Positions 1 to 9,400 of a stretch of 64,000 nt of DNA are shown piece by piece; the first letter of the stretch is position 1, and each line of letters opens with the position of its first letter. The stretch spans positions 12,710 to 76,709 of the forward strand of contig CAZNJK010000002.1 in the NCBI GenBank assembly GCA_964573405.1, written 5' to 3'. The translations under genes were made by a program, and so were the position numbers. The DNA is from an uncultured Christensenella sp. GTDB taxonomy: Bacteria; Bacillota; Clostridia; Christensenellales; UBA1242. The notes beneath the pieces were generated by a model that was not told the DNA's origin, made no database searches, and saw only the letters and a list, made by a program, of their open reading frames with translations.

Positions 1-333
1 AAAAATAAAGGACGAATTGGTTTTAATTTTAAAAAATTTAAATTGAAAAAATCCGCAGAACCACTAAAACAAGAGTCGTCTAGCGACTTTTCAAAATCAA
101 ATTATGAAAACCCACAAATGCAAAACAGCCAATCTCAAACACCCCACAACGATTCTTACATCCAAAACAGTGGGAGCAATGCCTCAAGCAATACACAAAA
201 TAATAATTATAGCCCGCAAAATCACCCTACTTCGTACAATCAGCCCAACACACAATCCAACAAAAACAACCTAAAAAGTATATCTGAGCAATTGAATAGT
301 AGACACAATTACAATAAGTCAATAAAGAAATAA
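1..333 (+). CDS. 3' end of a CDS entering from upstream; Q/N/S-rich low-complexity C-terminal tail
   Basis: Frame 1 is open from base 1 (KNKGRIGFNFKKFKLKKSAEP...) to the stop at 331-333, so the listed 43..333 ORF is probably only the tail of a longer protein. Composition is dominated by N, Q and S. A strong hairpin terminator follows. Confidence 0.4.
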   Translation, partial: KNKGRIGFNFKKFKLKKSAEPLKQESSSDFSKSNYENPQMQNSQSQTPHNDSYIQNSGSNASSNTQNNNYSPQNHPTSYNQPNTQSNKNNLKSISEQLNSRHNYNKSIKK

Positions 334-429
334 AAGATGAAAAATATAAAAATATTGCCATAAAATTAATATATTCTGATGTTTTTATAAAGAAAATCTT
401 GATGTTTAATAAAAGGTCTTAATAAAAAA

Positions 430-467
430 TCAATGACCAAATTGGTCATTGATTTTTGTTTTTTTTA
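430..467. terminator. Bidirectional intrinsic terminator between convergent genes
   Basis: Perfect inverted repeat TCAATGACCAA / TTGGTCATTGA (430-452), preceded by an A-run and followed by TTTTTGTTTTTTTT. It lies between the stop at 333 (+) and the stop at 481 (-). Confidence 0.75.
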
Positions 468-480
468 TGCGATTTAAAAT

Positions 481-3400
481 TTAAACTTTTTCTTTGTATT
501 TTGCGACTAAATTAATGCTTGAACCATTAGAATAACTTGTATTGATATTATCGAAATAATAAGTCATATCGCTTGTATTATCAATCTTTGTCGATCCGCT
601 ATAGAATCCTTCAAATTCAAATATTTTACTTCCTACAATATACTCATTTTGAAGATTGTAATCATTCATTATTTTGTCAAATGTAGTAGCATAATTAAGT
701 TCAAGTATCAAATAATTTGAGTTGTCCGCATTTGCAAAATTTTGCTCAAAAGAATAATTTGTATCGTCGTTTTTGTCCGAACTATTAAGCAATAATTTTA
801 CCTGTTTTATCTTAAATTCGTGCACATATGTGTATTCCAAAGTTGTGGCATCCACTACTAGCAAATCGTCACTTTCTTCCAATTCAACACTTTCTTTAGC
901 CATTACTTTCTCGCTAAAATCAATTGTATGAATGGCATAAGTGTGATTATCGTAAGTCACCACTAGTTTTGGCAATTTTGTGTTGTCTTTAACTTTTAAT
1001 TGCAAGTTAGAGTAACTGCCGTTGTATCCTAATTGGCTACTGCCCATTATCATATATTCATAATGCTGACTAGTAGTATTTTCCACCACAATGCCACCTT
1101 TTGCAACTGCCACCGAATCAACAACATCGCCGATTTTGTTCTCTATTGTTTCGCAATCAGAATTAATGGAAAGTACAAGTGCTACGCTCGTATTTGCGTT
1201 AAACTCAACGGCTTCAACCCCTGCACCAACATACAAGTCGTCAATCGTTATCGCCGTAGGATATGCCAAAGCGAAATTAAAAGCTTCAAACCACACATTC
1301 TTCCAACTGTCGTCTTCATAATATGTGGTTGCCAAATTTTCATTGATGGCATAATTAAACATCTTTATAAAGTCGCCTTCAGCATAGTAAATTTTATTTA
1401 CTCCACCTTGCCTAACAATCTTTGACATAACAACCGAATCTGCACTACCGGTCAACGCCGTTATGTCGTCAAACAACGCAGATTTATCGGTCACATTAGA
1501 ATATCCGTCTACAAGCATATTTGCAAAAGCCACTAATTGTGGGTTTTTGTCGCTTCCGTCAGTCGTTTTGAAATATCCGTCAGCATAAATTTTGCCACCA
1601 ATTGCAAATTCCACATACGCGTATTCATAGTCAAATACAACCTTTACATCATATGTTTCGCCAACGCCTACAGTCAAATACATATTACCGCCGTCGCTAC
1701 TGCTGATGTCAATATTGCCATTCAACAACTCAACAATTTCATAGGTCGGACTTAACTTTTCAAAATATAGTTTTGTGCCATTTACAATCCCGCTAATCTC
1801 TTTATATTGCCCGTCGACTTCTATAGTTGTCACATCATCGTCATAACCTACAATCAGTCCATCGCTATAGATAGGCGCATAATAACTTACCGCGTATTTA
1901 CCGCCTTCTGCCGATGTATGTGTGATATCTTCCAACATATATTGTGACAAACTAACATTTACTAAGTCGATATTTAACACATAGTCACCGCTCGTGCTTA
2001 CATTGTTGCTAGCACCAACAACATTGAGAATAAGTTCTTTTTCAGATGTTCCAAAATGATAATTATCAAACACAAACTTTACATTTACTTCTTTATCGCG
2101 AAGCACTGAAACAATAATTTTATCGTATGTATTTGTCAATTCAATCTCTTCATTTTGCGATAATGTATTGATTCTCTCAATGTTTTCGCCATTGTAGAAT
2201 GCAATTTTTGTTTTTGCGTCGCTTAGGTTTTTAATTGAATACTTCGCATCTGCTACTGGGCTGTCCCACTTGAAGTTAAGTGTGTGCTCTACATATTCCA
2301 CACCATACTCAACCACGATAGTAGAATTTTCTCCAATGCTAGTTTCTGAAGTAATTTCGCTACCATTAAGCGTAAACTTGTCGAAATTATAATAATTTGA
2401 TGTGTTTGGTTTTACAACAATCGCGCCATATATTCCATCTTCATTTTTCAAATACAAGCAATTGTAAGTACTGCCACCTAAATCCACTACTCCCGCTTCA
2501 ACTAAGTCATAGCACTTAATCTCAACCAACGCCAAAGTATAAGTGGTGCCGTCAAATGAATAAGTTTCAATCGACCCCTTACCCGCATCATTTTGAATTG
2601 TTAAGGTTGCATTCTCCCTACTCCAAATCGGTTCGAAAATAATAGTATTAAATGTAGAATCAAGATTTGCCATTCTTGAAGTAAGTATTTGCCCCAAGGT
2701 GATTTTTGCACTATTGAACGGACTAATTGTTTCAATCGTTGTAGTAGTGCTTAGTTGTTCAAATGTCGTTCCGTTATATCGCAAATAGTAATTATCGCCA
2801 TCAAATACATACTTATAGCCACCAAACTCAAAGCCACTTCTTGTAGGAATTGTAAAATTAATTTCGTCGCCATATAGCACATTTGTCATATTGCTTGGAA
2901 GACCATTTTGCACCGCACTATATCCGTCGGCAACTGGAGCAAATTTCACATCGAAAAGTTTTTGCCAGTTGGAGAATATATGTAAATTACCGCTACGTTC
3001 ATCAAATGTCCAATTGATTGAAGTAAACTCCACAAATTTAGCGTTGTCGATTGTGCCGTTTTTTAAGTCTTTAGCATAATCGCCATTATAATATGTCCAA
3101 TTAACGAACTTCAAATTAGAGCCATTATACATAACATTATTTGGCGTAAATAATTGCGACATTTCCACATTTATTGTTTCATTAAATGAATATCCCACCA
3201 TCTGATTAGGAGTGATACCGCTATAACTAGAATAATCCGCTAGCGACGAATATTCTCCATTCTCGCTATGGAATATCGTCTTAAATTCTTTCAATTTAAG
3301 TGTTACATAGAAGATTAGGTCGTTGCCATCATCTCCGCCATAAACCACTGTCAATTCATTAGAAAGTGGGTCAAACGAACTTAGCGCATCGTCTACTACA

Positions 3401-6400
3401 CCGCCATAGATGTTGTAAATAGTCCCATTGTCAACATAATAAATTCTGTCAATATCAAAATAATCATCATTAAAGTCAAAGGTGTATTTTGCCACTTTTC
3501 TTAATTTTTCGTTTCCAAATTCTTGTGACGAGCCTACCATTGCATTAGTTGAGCCAACCTTAACAATTTCCACATTATTGTTAATCAACTCTTCAAATAC
3601 ATCTTCCAATTCGCTTCCAGCCGTAGCCGAAGTTACTTGAACATAAGCCGAAACATTAGCACGACCTAAGACATATGTAATCTTTACATCATATATTAAG
3701 TCATCCAAAACTATTTCATTAGAATTAATCTCAATATTTAGACTAGCAATCGCATTTTTAAATTCTTCTAGATTGCTATAATCTGACAATTTCTTTCCGT
3801 CGATTTCAATATCTACATCGGTTATGCTAAATGCACTACTTGTAGATAATGTTACCACGCAATTATCTTGTGTTGTAAAATTAAATACTTCACTACCCAT
3901 ATTTCCTACACTATCATAACCAATATTTGTAGTACTTCCAACTCCATTATTAAATGTAAGTTGTCCCACATTTAAGTTGGAATTATTGCTTAATGTGGTC
4001 ACATCATACACTTCTACTTTTACACTTCCTTGACCACGCTCGATAATTGGTGTAAATTCAATGTCGCCATTTATTGTGTATGTACTACTAAATACTTCTG
4101 AAGTGTTGTATCTGTAGCCATTTACGAATTTCCATGTCCCAATAGGAACAAATTTAACAACTTGTGTAGCCGGAACAACTTGAACTTCGCCGTTTGCATT
4201 AACTACGCAAGTTTTTATGCTAAACTCCACTGTAGATGTTTCGTCAATAACGCCTGAATTTTCAACCTTATTGAATGTCAAAACTTCACCATAGTCTACA
4301 TCTAGCATTATGCTACTTTGCTGTACGCCATTAAGTAGGAAGTACCCATTGTCGCTCACAAAACTTACTTTTTGCTTATTGCTAAGCCAAACTGGTTCAA
4401 GAAGAATAAACGCATTTTGGTTTCCACTATTCCTATTGATGCGATATTTTGCAAGCACAAGGTCATTTATGTCAAATGTTTTGTTTGTTGTGATGTACTC
4501 AACAAATTGTTTATCAACTTCATTTGCCCCCATATACACTTTGAAGCCTTGTAAAGAATATCCGCTTTTTGTTAGACTTGGCAAGTTAATGGTCAATGAA
4601 TCATTTATGTTAGTAGCACTTCCATTTTGGATGTTGTCACTTTCATCATAGTAATTAATTGAAGATGTTCTTTCTTTTAGCACCAACTCAATTTTTATTG
4701 CTCCGCTTACCTTTGCTTCTCCAGTAAAGACATTGCTATTTATCGACATTGACAACACATTGTCAAAATAGATGTTTATTGCGGAAACATAATAATAAAT
4801 ACTATTTATATTCGTTGAAACTTGAATTAAATTGTTGATTGCAACCGAGTTTGTGTAAGTATAATCAGCACTAAATTCGCTCCATATTAGATTGTACAAT
4901 GTCTTGTCCACATCTTTATATAGATAATTCCAACTACTCCCCAGCGAATCTTCCCTATACTGGATATTCATTGTCGATGAGTTGTCGATTTTTGAACTGT
5001 CAAAACTTGAAATTTGCGTAGTATTAAGTGTTATTGTAGGATTAAACATCGCCGACTTCTTAACAACTACATATATGTTTAAATCAGAGTCTATTTGATG
5101 AGTAAAGGTATGTCTTGTGCCGGTTTTTGAGATGTTTGAAATCTTACTCGCACCACTTTCGTTGACTAGCCCAACCACTTCATATCCGTCATTTACCATG
5201 ACTGCAAAATTGATAATCGAATTGATTGGCTTTGTCACGCTATATGCAAATTCACTCGTGCTATCTATGTGGAAATAATCCTTATAATCACCTATATTTG
5301 TGCTATTTACTACAATGTAATTTACCCCGTCATAGTATTGTAGCCCAATATTGATAGTAACTTCACTAGCGACTGCCGTCTGTGCCACAATCTCTACATT
5401 CGTAGTTATCGAAGTTCCGCTCACTAGCACATTGCTTGTGCCGGCATAATACCAGCCGTTACTTGTATATCCACTTGTTACATCCTTAGCAATTTGAATT
5501 GTTGCAATCACTGGCGCGCCATTGTCCATTACCACACTTCCGCTATTGTACAAGTACGCCTCAAATGTTAATTTGTCATCACTGATGGTTATTTGTCCAT
5601 CACTTAAAATGTAAAATACATTGCCATTTCTCACAAAATCCGCTTCATAACTAGTAATTTGCGAACTTGTCATACCGCTTGTATTTTTCAAAGTTACATT
5701 AACATCATATGTAATATTTACGCTATCTACAATGCTTACACTATGTAGGTTGTAGTTAACAACTGGAGTCATTTCAAAATAAACTTCCACTAGGTCATCT
5801 ACGCCTATTCCAAGCGCTGTCAATATATCGTCAATTTTGATTCTTGCATTAGCATCATACATATGCGGTTGTCCCGTAACAGAATCTGCTACAAAAGTGC
5901 CCATATATGATATATTCCAGCCTTTCAAAGTGTATTTGCTAGGTTCTCTAAAACTCACATCGCTTACACTTGGCAAGTTGAAATAATCCGATGGCTTTAA
6001 TTTGCTTATAACCAAATTAGATGAATTTGATATATATCTATCGCCATTAACCACTTGCATTTGCAAGAATGGTCGTGCAATAGTGTGTAGATTTAACGCA
6101 TAACTCACAGGAGAAAGTGTATATTCTTCTCCTGCTAGACTTCCCACTCTCCAAGATGCAAGATATTCACTCTCGGTAGAAGTCAAAATTGTTTTAGTAG
6201 GATACTTTCCAAATCTTACTTCTTCACTATCGGTCAAAACTAAATTTGCATAATATTTGACTTCCGTTTTAATTACTGGATAGAAGTAAATTGTATCACC
6301 CTTTGTTGCACCTGTGTTGTTTAGTGTATAACTACCATAAAGCAATACTGAAGGACTGGTAGAATATACATAATTCGCGTCAGTACTCACAACAAAGCCT

Positions 6401-9400
6401 TCCGTTGTGCAATCAACTAGTGTTGTTGAATAATCTGTCAATAGTAACGACCGCGTCATTTCTACATTGTTTAGAGTTGTAGGGTTGGTAAACTCGAATT
6501 TGCTTCCATTATATGACAAATCTCTATATACAACCACATTCACCAAATCAACAATCTTCGCTTCAAATGTAATGCTTTTATTGATTGTAAGTGTACTTGC
6601 CGTGCTATATGTTGTGCCGTTATTTTCATACCCCACAACCTTACTGCCCGATAGTAGCAATGTACTGTTATAACTATTTGTAGCATTATTAAGTTCGCTA
6701 CTACTAAATGCAAATGTCGTGCCGTCTAACACATTATCAAGCACATATATTTCATCCACTCCATTTACAAATTTCAAAGCATGAACTTTGTTGTAAATAG
6801 GACTAAATACATAATCCTTAGTGAATTTAGCAGTTATAACGGACGAATTGTATGTATTTGTGCCATCGGTCCAACTTCCAGAGAATAGATATTTTTGTCC
6901 GCCCACAACATATGATGTTGCAGTCGTTGGCAATGCAAAGGTTATTTGCGTGCTATTGAATGTGCTTACATATTCGGTCATCGAAATTGTTCCGTCCGCT
7001 TGCCCATACATAGTTGTAAGTGCCCCAGCCGTCGAATACACTTCAAATTTAACTGAATAATACGCTATTTCCCATACAGCATATAGCCTAATCACATAAT
7101 TTCCACCTTCTAGTTTAGCCAAATTGTTAACTTGGCTTAGGTCTAGCGATGAGCCACCACTATACTCAACATCTCCCGTAATAGATGTTGCCCAGCCGGA
7201 CAATTTTTTGCCATCTTGAGTAAAGATTTTTAATGTCGTGATGTCATCAAAATACAAATCATCTCTATATCCTAGTACATCCGAGCCGTCACAATATTCA
7301 AGTCTTAGCGGTTTTGCTTCCCATACAGGGAATAGTTTATCAACAACCCCCGTATTTATACGCTCGCCATTTGTGTGTTGTACATAATTTACATTAATGT
7401 CCGAACTCCAGCCCTTAAACTCAAAACCGGTTTTACTTGGAATAATATCACTTGCATCAAGCGTGCCGTTATTATTTGTATCGCCTATAATATGTGTAAG
7501 ACCTTCATCAAACTTCAATGTCGTTATAACCGCCGAAGCATCTCTATCGGAATAGTAAGTCAAAGTCACAACTTTTTGTAAAATTATATAAAATTCAAAT
7601 TTTGAGCCATTTGCCTTTAGGCTATATGCCGAATTATTTACAAAATCAAATTCATCACCAAAATTAAATTTGAAGTTGTCATCATTCGATTCGTAGGCGG
7701 ATTTACTCAAATAATATCCCACTGACCTATAGTCGGATAAGTCAGATATAGAACTTATATAATTATCAATCTCTGACTTTGTATGAAGCGTAGGAGCAAC
7801 TGAATAATTATCATTTACCGCACTGCTTGCACCATTAATTGTGTAATAATCGCCTAGATACTTGTAATTGTATGTTATTGTAAATCCTTTCGGATTGAAT
7901 TTTGGAGTAAGTGTAATGTCAGAATTCATCTCTAAGAAAGTGCTAGTTAATGTAACATTGTATTCTCTCCCAATGTCATCAACCCATATCCCCATATATT
8001 CGCCAAGTCCATTGCTTTGCGATATGGTCGAATTGGATAAGATTGAGATGTATGGAATGTCTTTAAAATACACAATTGTGCCCTTTTCATAATCCAATTG
8101 TCTTGGGAAATTAGCATAACTAATAGTAGCATTGTCTATATTTAGCGTTAGCCCGACCGACTCAACCCACTTAGCATAAAAATTAAGTTCGTACCCGTCA
8201 TTAGTCTTTATTAAGTTGGCTGTTCCTACAACATCTTCCGATATCGTAATTGTCGAATTTGTAGAGAAATATTTAGTTTGGTCCGTCTCGCTAAGTGCCC
8301 AGCCCTTAAGAACATTCTTGTCCTTTAGTGGAGCAACTGCAAATCCGTCATAATTCAACGATATGCTCGCCAAATACTCACTTTCTTTTTCTTCGGTTAT
8401 ATCATTGCCAATATTTTCATAATTAAATTTAACTATAATTTTTGCCCTAGAATATTTTGCATAAAGCGTAATATTTGAAGTCGCCTTCATACTTGACAAA
8501 TTCTCATTCGTCAAATTAGTTGTCATTCCTGCAATTGTGGTCTGCCAATGTGCAAAAGTGTATCCCACAAAATCATTAACCGCAATTTTTTGCTCGATGT
8601 TGTCACTAAGTTCGTCCAATGAATCATAATAATTCAACGAGTAATTTGCTATTTCCTTTATCTCGCCATTGATTGGGGACGCAAATACAAGTTTTATAGC
8701 ATATGACAATTTCTCAGCGATAAGCGATATAATCATATCACTTCTAACCGTCAATGTGCTAGTACTAATGTTAAGTATATAATCGTCTTTTAAAATTCCT
8801 CTATAATCCACATCACCTGAGATGTTCCACCCCTTAAAGGTATATCCGGTGTCATAGTAATTGTAATATAGTTTAGGTAATAAGGATTTTACTGTTGTGC
8901 CATACTCAATATCGTCATAGGTCACAGTAGGTTGGTCAACATTGCTCGATACAATTCCTTCTCCACTAATGTTAAATTTAACATTGAATTTCAATACACT
9001 AAACATTGGATAAATACTCACAATGCTGAAGTTGGACTCTGGGAATTCATCAAACAATGAATTACTATCATTTTTAATTGATATATTGTATTTTGAATTT
9101 TCTTTTACAAGTCTTACACCTTCTGCATTTGACCAAGCACTTAACCCATATCCCGTCACCGCACTAGTCGTCATTGAAAGGATTGTTTCATCGCCATTAG
9201 CATTTTGATATTTCAAAATATTTCCCGTTAGTTCCATATTGTCGGTAACTTCGGTCTTATTGTAAGTAAAGCATTCCTTCGCGATATATACACGCCCAGC
9301 ACTAGAATTATATATACTATTGTATGCCTGCTGGAATATGTTTATAGTATATATAAGCGGTTGCCATACTGCATATAAAGTTGTATCTTCTTCAAAAAGG